This document shows positions 49,430-59,325 of a DNA stretch of 64,000 nt, piece by piece; position 1 is the first letter of the stretch, and each line of letters starts with the position of its first letter. Made by a program: the position numbers and the translations under genes. This stretch comes from an uncultured Acidimicrobiales bacterium (GTDB lineage Bacteria > Actinomycetota > Acidimicrobiia > Acidimicrobiales > SHLQ01): assembly GCA_938015295.1 (NCBI GenBank), contig CALLQB010000019.1, forward strand, positions 448 to 64,447, given 5' to 3'. A model generated the notes under the pieces. The model saw nothing but the letters and a program-made list of their open reading frames with translations, was not told the DNA's origin and searched no databases.

Positions 49430-50250
49430 CCTCTAAACCGCCCACTCCCCCCGAGCTCCTTCATCTTGCCGAGGGACTTGTCGCAACGATTGCCCCACAG
49501 TTGGTCGCCGCACGCGCAGGCCAAGCTGACGGCACCGGGTCAATCGGCGTGTCGACCAAGAGCACCGCCAATGATCTGGTCACCGAAATGGACCAATGGA
49601 CCGAACGCACCTTGGTCGACGGGCTTCTCGGAGCTCGTCCTGACGATGGGGTGCTCGGCGAGGAAGGGTCCTCGGTTGCTGGCACCAGTGGGGTTCGTTG
49701 GGTCATCGACCCGATCGATGGCACCACAAACTTCTATTACGACATCGTTGGCTATTCGGTCTCGGTGGCTGCACAGATCGACGGGGTCACGGTCGCCGGG
49801 GTCGTCGCCGATCCCGTACGTGGCGAGATCTTCACGGCGACGCTAGGGGGCGGGGCGTTCCGCAACGGCCAACCAATCACCGCGTCGATCAAAGACGACC
49901 TCGGCACTGCGCTGGTCGCGACGGGCTTCAACTATGACGTCGGGCTGCGCACCAACCAAGCTGCGGTACTCACCACGCTGCTCCCCCGAGTGCGAGATAT
50001 TCGCAGGATGGGCGGTGCGGCGCTCGACATTTGTCTGGTCGCGTGCGGTCGTGCCGATGCTCACTACGAGGCCGGGCTGTCGATTTGGGATGTCGCTGCA
50101 GCCGCGTTGATCGCCACTGAAGCCGGAGCGAGACATACCGACATCGATGGCAAGGTTGACGATCCGGGAATCGCGGTATTTTCGAGCGCAGCTCTCCATG
50201 ATGACTTCGTCGCTCTCCTCCACCAGTCAGGTGCGAGAGCACGGGTCTGA
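49426..50250 (+). CDS. suhB: Inositol monophosphatase family protein
   Basis: DLVTE.D, GEE, WVIDPIDGTTNF, RRMG.AALD, WDVAAA. Confidence 0.9.
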   Translation: MTSKPPTPPELLHLAEGLVATIAPQLVAARAGQADGTGSIGVSTKSTANDLVTEMDQWTERTLVDGLLGARPDDGVLGEEGSSVAGTSGVRWVIDPIDGTTNFYYDIVGYSVSVAAQIDGVTVAGVVADPVRGEIFTATLGGGAFRNGQPITASIKDDLGTALVATGFNYDVGLRTNQAAVLTTLLPRVRDIRRMGGAALDICLVACGRADAHYEAGLSIWDVAAAALIATEAGARHTDIDGKVDDPGIAVFSSAALHDDFVALLHQSGARARV

Positions 50251-50353
50251 GCCGTTTGGGCGCCGCCGACACCGGTTCGGGGCCCTGAGCGACCGAGTCT
50301 CGCAGACAGATTGTTTCGGTTGGTGCTTCCTTCGACACCACTGAGGTGCCACC

Positions 50354-51043
50354 ATGGCCTTTGTGGAAACCCGAATTCTGATGGTCGAAGACGATGACGG
50401 CATCCGGACGTCGGTCAAACTTGGCCTCGAGGACGAGGGCTGGGAAGTAGTCGAAGCCGACAACGGCGAAGACGCGCTCGGCCTCTTTTCCCAAGCACCA
50501 ACCGACGTCGTCCTGATCGACATCATGTTGCCGGGAATCGACGGATTCGAAGTATGTCGATCGGTTCGGCGCACAAGCGATGTGCCGATCATCATGATCA
50601 CCGCTCGTGCTGACACCCACGATGTGGTCGCTGGCCTTGAAGCCGGCGCCGACGACTACCTCACCAAACCCATCGCCCCCAAAGAACTCTCGGCCCGTAT
50701 TCGGGCGTTGCTTCGGCGAGCACGAACCACCGACGCCACGAGCAGCCACCTCACCTTTGGCGATCTCGAGATCATCGCTGACGAGGGCGTCGTTCGCAAG
50801 GCCGGCGAAGAGGTCCACCTCACAAAAACCGAGTTCCGTCTGCTGGTCGAACTCGCCGCCACACCCGGCCGCGTGTACTCGCGCGAAGTTCTTCTTGAAC
50901 GGGTCTGGGAGTACGGCTACTTCGGCGACGGCAGACTGGTCGATGTACATATCCGACGTCTGCGCACCAAGATTGAGTCCGATGCTGCGAACCCACAACA
51001 CGTGGTCACGGTTCGAGGGCTTGGCTACAAGCTGCAGACCTGA
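50354..51043 (+). CDS. OmpR/PhoB-family response regulator (MtrA/AfsQ1-like)
   Basis: EDD, DIMLPG, GADDYLTKP, VDVHIRRLR, TVRGLGY. Confidence 0.95.
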   Translation: MAFVETRILMVEDDDGIRTSVKLGLEDEGWEVVEADNGEDALGLFSQAPTDVVLIDIMLPGIDGFEVCRSVRRTSDVPIIMITARADTHDVVAGLEAGADDYLTKPIAPKELSARIRALLRRARTTDATSSHLTFGDLEIIADEGVVRKAGEEVHLTKTEFRLLVELAATPGRVYSREVLLERVWEYGYFGDGRLVDVHIRRLRTKIESDAANPQHVVTVRGLGYKLQT

Positions 51044-51085
51044 GCTTCGCCGAGTCCAGGCACCCAGTGAACTGAGCACGAAGCG

Positions 51086-52498
51086 ATGACCCCCTTTCGA
51101 CGCCTTGGCTTGGGTGCTCGAATTAGCGTCGCGTTTGCGCTCGGGGGTTTGGTGCTTTCGGCGTTCCTTGCTTTCGCGACGCTCGGTCTGACCCGCGAGG
51201 TCCTCTTGCGTCAGCGCGAGAACGCCGCCCGCGACCTGGCGTTAAACAATGCACAGTTGGTACAAAGCCAGCTGACCGAAGAGACCGACCCCTCCGAGCT
51301 CATCAATATTCTCGGTGCCTTGCAGACCAGTTCGTCACGGCCGCTGCTCCAGTTTCAAGAGGTCTGGCAAGGCGATGGTTCAGGCGGGTTTACCCAAGAA
51401 AGCGTGCCTGCGGGGCTGCTTGCTCGGGTCACGTCGGGAGGGGCTGGGGTGCTTCGAACACAACTCGACGACGAGTTAGCGATCGTTTTTGGTGTGCGGT
51501 TGCCTGAAGACAACGCCGCCTACTTTGAAGCGGCCTCGCTCGAAGAGACCGAAAGCAACCTACGCACACTTCAGGTCATCCTCTTCGGCGCCGCGGTTGC
51601 CACAACCGTTCTTGCCGCGCTCTTGGGTCGATGGGCGACAAGTCGCATGCTTCAACCGCTCAGCGACGTGTCCGACGCGGCCGAGGCGATCGCTGGCGGC
51701 CGTCTCGACACCAGGCTCGACCAGCAAGTCGACCCCGAACTTGCATCGCTCACCAGCTCGTTCAACGACATGGTCGGTGCCCTCGAACTCCGGATTGAGC
51801 GCGATGCCCGCTTCGCTTCAGAGGTAAGCCACGAGTTGCGCTCACCCCTCATGACCCTTGCGGCGTCGATGGAAGTGCTCGAAAACAACCGAGACCACAT
51901 GCCGGTGCGGGCCGCAACCGCCGTTGACCTGATGTCGACCGACATCAGCCGGTTCCAGACGCTGGTTCAGGATCTGTTGGAGATCTCGCGTTTCGATGCG
52001 GGAAGTGCGGCTTTGCAACTCGAACCGCTGGCTGTCGGCGAATTTGTCAGACAGGCAACCGCCATGACCGATACCACCGCCATTGTCGAACTACGGCCAG
52101 GGACTGAAGAAACGGTGATCAACGCGGACAAACGCCGGCTCGCTCAAGTCATGTCGAACCTCATCGAAAACGCCCGGAAATACGGTGGCGGAGCAACCCG
52201 CATCGAGGTCTCCGCTACCAACGAAGTCGTCAGAATAGCGGTCGACGACGCAGGCCCAGGCGTTCCTCTCGATGAGCGAGCGGTGATTTTCGACCGGTTC
52301 TCTCGCGGCAGTGCAGGAGGTCGTCGCGGCGCCGATACCGGTGTTGGTCTTGGTCTCGCGTTGGTCGATGAACATGTTCGACTCCACGAGGGCCAGGTGT
52401 GGGTCACCGACCGACCCGACGGCAAAGATGGCGCCCGCTTTATCGTCGAGTTGCCGATCGAAACCCCGCTCGACGCAACCGGGGAAGGTGCAACATGA
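51086..52498 (+). CDS. HAMP-domain sensor histidine kinase
   Basis: Two TMs, HAMP, SHELRSPL, NLIENA, DDAGPG, GLGL. Confidence 0.95.
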   Translation: MTPFRRLGLGARISVAFALGGLVLSAFLAFATLGLTREVLLRQRENAARDLALNNAQLVQSQLTEETDPSELINILGALQTSSSRPLLQFQEVWQGDGSGGFTQESVPAGLLARVTSGGAGVLRTQLDDELAIVFGVRLPEDNAAYFEAASLEETESNLRTLQVILFGAAVATTVLAALLGRWATSRMLQPLSDVSDAAEAIAGGRLDTRLDQQVDPELASLTSSFNDMVGALELRIERDARFASEVSHELRSPLMTLAASMEVLENNRDHMPVRAATAVDLMSTDISRFQTLVQDLLEISRFDAGSAALQLEPLAVGEFVRQATAMTDTTAIVELRPGTEETVINADKRRLAQVMSNLIENARKYGGGATRIEVSATNEVVRIAVDDAGPGVPLDERAVIFDRFSRGSAGGRRGADTGVGLGLALVDEHVRLHEGQVWVTDRPDGKDGARFIVELPIETPLDATGEGAT

Positions 52499-53232
52499 GA
52501 CCGCTCAATCGAGTGTTGCGCCTAGTGCTCTGGTTCACAGCGATTTCTTTGATTGCGGCCACCTGCGGTGTTTCTGCCGAGCAGACTGTCCGTCCAATTG
52601 ATGACGAGCAACTTCCTGAGCGGCTTCGGCCAAGCGAGCCAGCGCCAACTACGACTAGTGAGCCCCAACGCGGTTTCCCGGTCACGATCTTCTTGTTCAG
52701 CCAAGAGGGCGATGACCCGGCGCAGCTCGTGCCTCGCACACGGACCGTTCCGCAACCGAATGCTGAGAGCGCCTTGCGTGCTCTGCTAGCGGCCGACCCA
52801 ACTGAAGAGGAAGAAGCGCTCGGCCTTCGAACCTTCTTTGGTCCGGCAGCCTTGGCTGAGGAGCCAATCGAACTTCTCAGCGCCCAAATTCGCCAAGATC
52901 TACTCCGCATCGACCTTTCGGGCCCACCGGTGATCGAGGGTGTACTCGGCCCGCTGCCCTGGGCGCAGCTCGTGTTTACCGCAACCCAACAGTTTCGCGA
53001 AGGTCAGGCCCTGCGTCGTGTGCGATTCCTCAGCGACGGAACTCCCGTGTCACTACAGGTGCAAGACGGCGATAGCCGGGCCGGGGTGCCAGTGACTCGC
53101 GACGAGTACTCCCGATACGACCCAGAGGCCCCCGACGAGCCGAGCACGACCACGTCTGAGACGCCGAGGCCGCCCGGAGATTTGCCCGAAACGTTCGACG
53201 GCACGCAGCCACCGACGACCGGTCCGAACTAG
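52495..53232 (+). CDS. GerMN-domain lipoprotein (LpqB-like accessory protein)
   Basis: Lipobox-like AATC; LVPRTR, LRALL..P..EE..GLRT, AQLVFTAT; overlaps the kinase stop. Confidence 0.8.
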   Translation: MRPLNRVLRLVLWFTAISLIAATCGVSAEQTVRPIDDEQLPERLRPSEPAPTTTSEPQRGFPVTIFLFSQEGDDPAQLVPRTRTVPQPNAESALRALLAADPTEEEEALGLRTFFGPAALAEEPIELLSAQIRQDLLRIDLSGPPVIEGVLGPLPWAQLVFTATQQFREGQALRRVRFLSDGTPVSLQVQDGDSRAGVPVTRDEYSRYDPEAPDEPSTTTSETPRPPGDLPETFDGTQPPTTGPN

Positions 53233-53237
53233 GCGGT

Positions 53238-54617
53238 CTATCGGCGGCGGCGTCCCGCAGATGACCGACGGCTTCGCCCGGCGCTGCTGCGCCGCCGCGG
53301 CAACCGGTCGTTGCGAGGCAACGTTTGCTGTTGTCGCGGCATCGGCCAATTACGCCAGTCGACATCGATCGGCCTGCCGCTACTACGGGTCAAGATTCGG
53401 AAAAGATCGGGCAAGGCCAAGCCAATGCCTCCGTATCCCAGTGGTGCCCTCGCTGCCGGAACCCGACGTTGACCGACCTGCACCAAACGAGGATCAGGAA
53501 GTTCTCCGGCCTCGAGTCGCCTTGCGCACTCTCGACAAATGAGCACATCGAGGTCCTGTGCACCCGTTTCGATCGACGCCGGCACGGTGCCTGGCCGATG
53601 GTCAGGGTCGAAGAAACAGGTGCCTCGCCGCGCTCGCACTCGTTCGGTTCGATTGTCGGAGGTCTGGGGCTCGACCCACGGGTCGCTGGTGACCGGCTCG
53701 GCCGGCGGCGTGCGCCCTTCCAGCTTCGCTTCGACCCAATCAAATCGCCACCGAAGAGCGTCGACTCGGTCGTTGAGTTCGGCGAGGTCGGGGCCATTGT
53801 CGACACGGTCGACCAGGTCGCTGACCTCGTTGTATTCGATGCTCGCCTCTTGGAAACGCAGCTGAAGGTCATCATCGGAGCTGAGCGTGACACGGTCGTT
53901 GAGGTCGTAAACCATCTGTGCAATAGCGCTGACTTGGTTGTTGAGCTCTGCTTTGGCTTTCTCGAGGTTCTCTTCGCGACGCTTGGTCGTTTGTCGCTTG
54001 CTGTACAGCGCAGCGCCGCCGACACCAGCAGCGCCGACACCCAACAAAATCAGCCCGGTCGGAGCGCCGCCAGAGTCGGTGTTGCTGCTCGTTTCGCCAG
54101 CGGTCGTGGTGTTACCGGAATCGTCCTGCGTGGACTCGGTGCTTGTTCCTGATCCGCCCGTAAGGAAACTAACGACCGCCTCTGTGCCAGAAAGCGCATC
54201 GCCTTCGAAACGGTCGAGCGCTTGGTTGCTCCGGCCCGATGAATACTCGGTGCTCGCCAGACCGAGCTCGCCGGGTGTCACCACCAGAATCGTGTGAAGA
54301 TCGGCGGTGCCGACCGTCTGTAACAGCGAGTCGGCGAAGTCTTGGGCTGAGCCATCGACTTCGCTGGCCAGCACGACCGAGCCGACGCCTTGCCGACGAG
54401 CGTCGGTTGCCGTGCCGCGATAGTCGCCTTCGCTTACTTCGGCCCCCGGCTCGACGTACCAGCCTTGGCCGTCAAGAGCATCGGCCACCTCCGACGTGAG
54501 ATCTTGTGCCGATGCCGGGCCTGCCGCGAGCCCGACGAGGAACATTGCGAGAAGGGCAAACGGGGCGAGTGGCGCGAATGCAGCAAGAAAGAGCGGTCGG
54601 CACGGAGATGGCTTCAT
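53238..54617 (-). CDS. Membrane protein: exported TPM-like N-domain, TM, coiled coil, C-terminal Cys/His motif
   Basis: Signal peptide ending ASA-Q; TM LILLGVGAAGVGGAALY; CFFDPDH...CREC. Confidence 0.75.
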   Translation of the reverse strand: MKPSPCRPLFLAAFAPLAPFALLAMFLVGLAAGPASAQDLTSEVADALDGQGWYVEPGAEVSEGDYRGTATDARRQGVGSVVLASEVDGSAQDFADSLLQTVGTADLHTILVVTPGELGLASTEYSSGRSNQALDRFEGDALSGTEAVVSFLTGGSGTSTESTQDDSGNTTTAGETSSNTDSGGAPTGLILLGVGAAGVGGAALYSKRQTTKRREENLEKAKAELNNQVSAIAQMVYDLNDRVTLSSDDDLQLRFQEASIEYNEVSDLVDRVDNGPDLAELNDRVDALRWRFDWVEAKLEGRTPPAEPVTSDPWVEPQTSDNRTERVRARRGTCFFDPDHRPGTVPASIETGAQDLDVLICRECARRLEAGELPDPRLVQVGQRRVPAARAPLGYGGIGLALPDLFRILTRSSGRPIDVDWRNWPMPRQQQTLPRNDRLPRRRSSAGRSRRSSAGRRRR

Positions 54618-54625
54618 AGTTTCCC

Positions 54626-55654
54626 TTAGGCGAAAAATTGTTCAGCAACGCTGTATAACTCGTCGGAAACGTATTTTAGTTCCGCGACACATTCGGTGAG
54701 CGGCCGCGGTGAGATCGACGCCGCTCGCAAGGCAACCATGTGGCCGAACGCTCCATCGTGGACAGCGTCAATTGCTGCAACACCGAACCGAGTACTGAGA
54801 ACCCGGTCGAACGCTGTCGGGGTGCCGCCTCGTTGCACATGGCCAAGCGTGGTGACACGCGTTTCGAGGCCCGTGCGCGATTCGATCTCTCGGGCGAGAA
54901 TTGCGCCGATACCGCCAAGACGAATGTGGCCGTACTCGTCGATCTCCTCAGTCGGAAGGTCGAGCGTTCCCTCAAGAGGCTTTGCCCCCTCGGCAACCAC
55001 AACCACCGACGCGTACCGGTTGTTGTCGTGGCGACGCACCAGCGACTCACACACTGCGGCGATATCAAAGGGCCGTTCGGGAATGAGTGTCATCGTTGCT
55101 CCGCCAGCGATGCCCGCCCACGTAGCGATGTGGCCAACATGGCGGCCCATGACCTCGCAGATCATGACTCGGTCGTGTGATTCGGCAGTGGTGTGGAGCC
55201 GGTCGATCGCGTCGGTGGCAATGGCCACTGCGGTGTCGAACCCAAAAGTGCGTTCGGTGCCGCCAATGTCGTTGTCGATAGTTTTTGGCACACCCACGAT
55301 CGGAATCCCCTGCTGATACACCGCAAGCGCGGCCGACAGTGTGCCTTCGCCACCGATCACAATCAGCGCGTCGAGCTCGTTTGCTGCCATCGTGGCTTTG
55401 ACGCGCTCGATCCCGTCGTCGTACATAAACGGCTGGATTCTCGACGTTCCCAAGATGGTTCCACCACGAGGAAGAATCCCCCTCGCAACCTCTATCGAGA
55501 GTTCCATGAACTCGTTGTCGAGCACGCCACGCCATCCATCGAGAAAGCCGATGACATGGTCGCCGTAGTGTTTTTCGGCCTTGCGGACGACGCCTCGAAT
55601 CACGGCGTTGAGCCCTGGGCAGTCGCCGCCACCGGTTAGTACACCGACATTCAC
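54626..55654 (-). CDS. pfkA: ATP-dependent 6-phosphofructokinase
   Basis: LTGGGDCPGLN, GGTILGTSR, GGEGT, PKTIDND, EVMGR, LGHVQRGG; GTG start at 55654. Confidence 0.95.
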   Translation of the reverse strand: MNVGVLTGGGDCPGLNAVIRGVVRKAEKHYGDHVIGFLDGWRGVLDNEFMELSIEVARGILPRGGTILGTSRIQPFMYDDGIERVKATMAANELDALIVIGGEGTLSAALAVYQQGIPIVGVPKTIDNDIGGTERTFGFDTAVAIATDAIDRLHTTAESHDRVMICEVMGRHVGHIATWAGIAGGATMTLIPERPFDIAAVCESLVRRHDNNRYASVVVVAEGAKPLEGTLDLPTEEIDEYGHIRLGGIGAILAREIESRTGLETRVTTLGHVQRGGTPTAFDRVLSTRFGVAAIDAVHDGAFGHMVALRAASISPRPLTECVAELKYVSDELYSVAEQFFA

Positions 55655-55793
55655 GCGTTGATTCCTTCCCGAAGAGAAGCTCCTGATACTAGCCGTCCTG
55701 ACGCGCTGCACTGAAGGTTTGCGCTCGGGATCGCCTCCAAGCGGTCTGGTTTGTCTGCGATACAGTTGCACACGGAATTCAGGAAGGGTTTTC

Positions 55794-57275
55794 ATGGGAA
55801 TTGTTGTTTCGATCGATGCCGGCACAACAGGCGTCCGTTCATTCGCTGTCAACGAGGCCGGGCAACCGGTTGGTTGGGCGTATCGCGAATTTCCGCAGTA
55901 CTTCCCCACCCCTGGATGGGTGGAGCACGATGCGAACGAGATCTGGACGGCGATCCTGGCAACACTCACCGAACTAACGGCAAAGATCGATGAACCAATC
56001 GCCGCCATCGGCATCACCGATCAACGCGAAACGGTTGTCGTCTGGGACAAGAACACTGGCCAACCACTGCATAACGCGATCGTGTGGCAGGACCGTCGGA
56101 CCGCCGAGCGCTGCGATCAACTCGAGGCCGAAGGTCACCTTCCCCTGGTTCGCTCGACCTCGGGACTTGTCCTTGATCCATACTTTTCGTCGAGCAAACT
56201 CGAGTGGCTATTTTCCGAAGGCGGCGTTTCTTCCGATGCCGACACCGCCTTTGGTACCGTTGATTCTTGGGTGCTGTGGAATCTCACGGGTGGCGCGGTG
56301 CACGCGACCGAGCCGTCGAATGCCAGCCGAACCATGTTGTACGACATTGAAGCCATGCATTGGTCAGACGACCTCACCTCGCTGTTCAGTATCCCGCGCA
56401 CCTGCCTTCCCGAAGTGCTTCCGTCGAGCGGGCGATTCGGCGTGACGACATCGGGGCTCCCTGTTGCGGCCGGCATCCCTATTAGCGGCATGGCTGGCGA
56501 TCAGCAAGCTGCACTGTTTGGCCAAGCATGCTTTGAACCAGGTATGGCGAAGAATACGTACGGCACTGGTTCTTTTGTGCTCATGAACGTGGGTGGAACC
56601 TGCCCAAAGCCCGTCGAGGGGCTGCTGACTACGGTTGGTTGGCAGTTGGCCGATGGTTCGGTCACCTACGCTCTCGAAGGCGCCGTGTTTGTCACTGGTG
56701 CTGCGATTCAATGGCTACGCGATGGTCTCGGCATCATCGAAGACGCATCCGAGATCGGCCCGCTCGCTGCCCAGTGCGACTCCACTGGCGGCGTGTACGT
56801 CGTGCCGGCGTTCGCCGGCCTTGGCAGCCCGTGGTGGGACCCGTATGCACGCGGAACGATTGTTGGCATGACGCGAGGTACCGGACGTCCAGAGATCGCG
56901 CGAGCAGTTGTCGAGTCGATGGCGTATCAGTCTCGTGACGTCGTCGATGCTATGAGCGCAGCATCGGGTCATCAGGTTCGCGATCTGCGGGTTGATGGTG
57001 GTGCCTCGGTGATGGACCTTTTGCTCCAGTTCCAAGCCGACCAACTTGGGGTCACCGTGCTGCGGGCGAAAGTGCAAGAGACCACGGCGCTCGGGTCTGC
57101 CTATCTTGCTGGCCTCGCTGAGGGTGTCTGGGCATCACCCGATGATCTGGCCCAGTACTGGGCGTCCGATGGCGAGTTCGCGCCAGCGCCAAATTCGCGC
57201 CAGGCCGCCGAGGCTGGCTATGGCGATTGGCGACGAGCTGTTGGACGAAGCCTGGGGTGGGCGAACGACTCCTAA
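55794..57275 (+). CDS. glpK: Glycerol kinase
   Basis: IDAGTT, GWVEH, QRET, WQDRR, GDQQAALFGQ, KNTYGTG, VDGG. Confidence 0.96.
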   Translation: MGIVVSIDAGTTGVRSFAVNEAGQPVGWAYREFPQYFPTPGWVEHDANEIWTAILATLTELTAKIDEPIAAIGITDQRETVVVWDKNTGQPLHNAIVWQDRRTAERCDQLEAEGHLPLVRSTSGLVLDPYFSSSKLEWLFSEGGVSSDADTAFGTVDSWVLWNLTGGAVHATEPSNASRTMLYDIEAMHWSDDLTSLFSIPRTCLPEVLPSSGRFGVTTSGLPVAAGIPISGMAGDQQAALFGQACFEPGMAKNTYGTGSFVLMNVGGTCPKPVEGLLTTVGWQLADGSVTYALEGAVFVTGAAIQWLRDGLGIIEDASEIGPLAAQCDSTGGVYVVPAFAGLGSPWWDPYARGTIVGMTRGTGRPEIARAVVESMAYQSRDVVDAMSAASGHQVRDLRVDGGASVMDLLLQFQADQLGVTVLRAKVQETTALGSAYLAGLAEGVWASPDDLAQYWASDGEFAPAPNSRQAAEAGYGDWRRAVGRSLGWANDS

Positions 57276-57306
57276 GGGCCTGCAATTGGGCCTTGGCGCC
57301 TGCAGG

Positions 57307-59253
57307 CTAGGTAGACGCGTCGGTAAACCGGAGAACGGTTGCGGCGTCGCCCAGGCTGCTCGCCCAATCGGTGATGAGCCGATCGGGGTTGAACCAGATC
57401 GTCTGGACCCCGTCGGAAAGCTCGAGAAATTCGACCAACACCGCTGTTTGCGCTGCGATATCGAGAACACCTAGGGGCCGGTCGAGCACCGCTGGAAGTG
57501 GCGAAGATGTGCCTTCTCGCAAGGCGTCGTAGTGGCTACGGACCAAGCCCGCTGCCTGCACAGCATCGACCGCTACCCATTCGCTCGGCTTCTCGGCCTT
57601 GTCGAGCTGGTCGGTCTTTACCCGGACCATGACCCGCAGACGCTCAATTTGTAGTTCGAGAATGTCGATCTGTTCGGTGGCCCTCGACAGGTCGATCGTG
57701 GCCCGCATATGCCGGTCGAATGACGCTTCGGCTGCCTCAAGGATGCTGATCATCAGATCGATCCGCGGATCGCTCTCGCTGAGAGTTTCACCACTATCGG
57801 CGAGCGACAACGTCTGGTCGATCCGAGCGATTTCTGCCTCAACTGACCGGCCTGCTGCTTCGAGGTCGGCAACGGTTGCCTGTTGATTCTTTGCGGCGGT
57901 CTGCCAATCGACGGCGAGCCGCGTCAGTTCCTCTGCGTTGAGCTTGTCGAGGTCTTCGAACCCGAGAATCTCAAGCACTTCAGCGAGCCGCTCACGGGCT
58001 TCGGGAAGTTGATCTGCTACCTCCGCTGGCCGGATTCGATGCGAGCGCAGCGCTGCTTCGAGGTCTGGCACCTCGCCGACCATCTCTGCGGCCCGTTCCG
58101 CAATGGCATCGAGTTCGGCCGCTGCTGCCGCAAGCTCCTCATCGGATTCGAGTTGGCTGTTCAGCGCTTCCCATTTGCGTTGAGCGTCTTGATATTCGCG
58201 TCGAGCTTGGGCGACGTCTCGTCCGGCCCCAGCGTTGGTTGAGTCGAATGCTCCTTCCAACATGAACTCCGCCCACGTGGCGAAACCGAGTCGGTCAAGA
58301 ATTCGTTGCTCGGCCCTTCGGGCGACAATGAGTTCGGGCAGGTAGATGCTTGCTCGACCAGTGACCCGTGCTTCGGCTTCGACTACGCGGTCGTGAGCGT
58401 CTTCAAGCATCGCAATGTCGGCTGGCGACACTTTCGGCTTTGCGCTCGACTTCTCGCTCACCGCTTGGTAATTCCGCCGAGCGACGCTGAGTCGCGTCTG
58501 TAGTTGGTCGACGTCACCATAGGTTGTGCGAAGGCGCAGATCGGCGTCGTCGAAGCGTGCTCGAGCGCGCGACCAATCGTCGGCGAGCGCTTCGGCTACA
58601 AGCGATGGCGACTCAGTCGTGATGGTGGCGTCGCGGATCGCACCCAAAACGTCGCGCATCACTTGACTGCCTTCGGCCGAGAACCAGGCAGTTCGTGCAT
58701 GAAATTCCTTGCCAAGTTCGCTAAGGCGGTCTCGTCGCTCGCGCAGTCGATCGACAGCACCAAGGGCGCCCTGACCCGGAGCAAGCGCTAGCTGCGACTC
58801 GAGGTCGGCCACACCAGCGGCCACGTCGGCGAGGCTCCGAACGGCATTGCGGTCGAGGCGATGGTTCGCTGCTTCGAACGCATCGCTCAGTTCGCTCCGG
58901 AACAGCTTGGCCTCAATCGAAGCTTCCCCTGCGGCTTCGACTTCGGCAGCCAACGCGCGGCGCGCCGCCTCGTCGGTCTTTATGACCGGGGTCAGAAAGC
59001 TTTCTTCGCCGAGAACCGGAACAGCATCCTCGGCGCCGGGAGGCACCGGGGCCACGCCGTGCACGGCGATTTCTGTATCGCCGACGGCGACGACCGTCTC
59101 GAGGTCGATCGGTTGGGCGGTAAGCAGCGCCTGAAGAGCGGTCACGAGTTGCAACTGGTCGTCGGGCGCGAGGCCGGTGATTACCGTAAGTTTCGGGTGA
59201 AACTCCAACGGCGGTTTCCCGGGATCGGGATTCGCAATCTGCACGACTCTCAT
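57307..59253 (-). CDS. Long coiled-coil protein with degenerate SMC/Rad50/YhaN-like head motifs
   Basis: N-terminal LEFHPKLTVITG lacking GKS/T; long heptad-rich middle; C-terminal LPAVLDRPLGVLD...QTIWF. Confidence 0.75.
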   Translation of the reverse strand: MRVVQIANPDPGKPPLEFHPKLTVITGLAPDDQLQLVTALQALLTAQPIDLETVVAVGDTEIAVHGVAPVPPGAEDAVPVLGEESFLTPVIKTDEAARRALAAEVEAAGEASIEAKLFRSELSDAFEAANHRLDRNAVRSLADVAAGVADLESQLALAPGQGALGAVDRLRERRDRLSELGKEFHARTAWFSAEGSQVMRDVLGAIRDATITTESPSLVAEALADDWSRARARFDDADLRLRTTYGDVDQLQTRLSVARRNYQAVSEKSSAKPKVSPADIAMLEDAHDRVVEAEARVTGRASIYLPELIVARRAEQRILDRLGFATWAEFMLEGAFDSTNAGAGRDVAQARREYQDAQRKWEALNSQLESDEELAAAAAELDAIAERAAEMVGEVPDLEAALRSHRIRPAEVADQLPEARERLAEVLEILGFEDLDKLNAEELTRLAVDWQTAAKNQQATVADLEAAGRSVEAEIARIDQTLSLADSGETLSESDPRIDLMISILEAAEASFDRHMRATIDLSRATEQIDILELQIERLRVMVRVKTDQLDKAEKPSEWVAVDAVQAAGLVRSHYDALREGTSSPLPAVLDRPLGVLDIAAQTAVLVEFLELSDGVQTIWFNPDRLITDWASSLGDAATVLRFTDAST

Positions 59254-59260
59254 CGCAGAT

Positions 59261-59290
59261 CCATCGGCCGTGGCCAGCCGATTTATAGCG
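59261..59290 (-). promoter_or_regulatory. Sigma-28-like promoter TATA-N15-GCCGATGG, 7 nt before ATG
   Basis: Same geometry and upstream CGCTAnnAAT as the site at 48176-48205. Confidence 0.5.
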
Positions 59291-59325
59291 TGTAGAACCC
59301 TATTCCTTCACGACGGTCGTGATGA

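Noticed and set aside
55655-56017. Long N-terminal extensions in the ORF track for pfkA (also argB, argG, argR, ruvA, suhB)
   Set aside because: They overlap neighbouring genes; family motifs begin at the downstream starts used above
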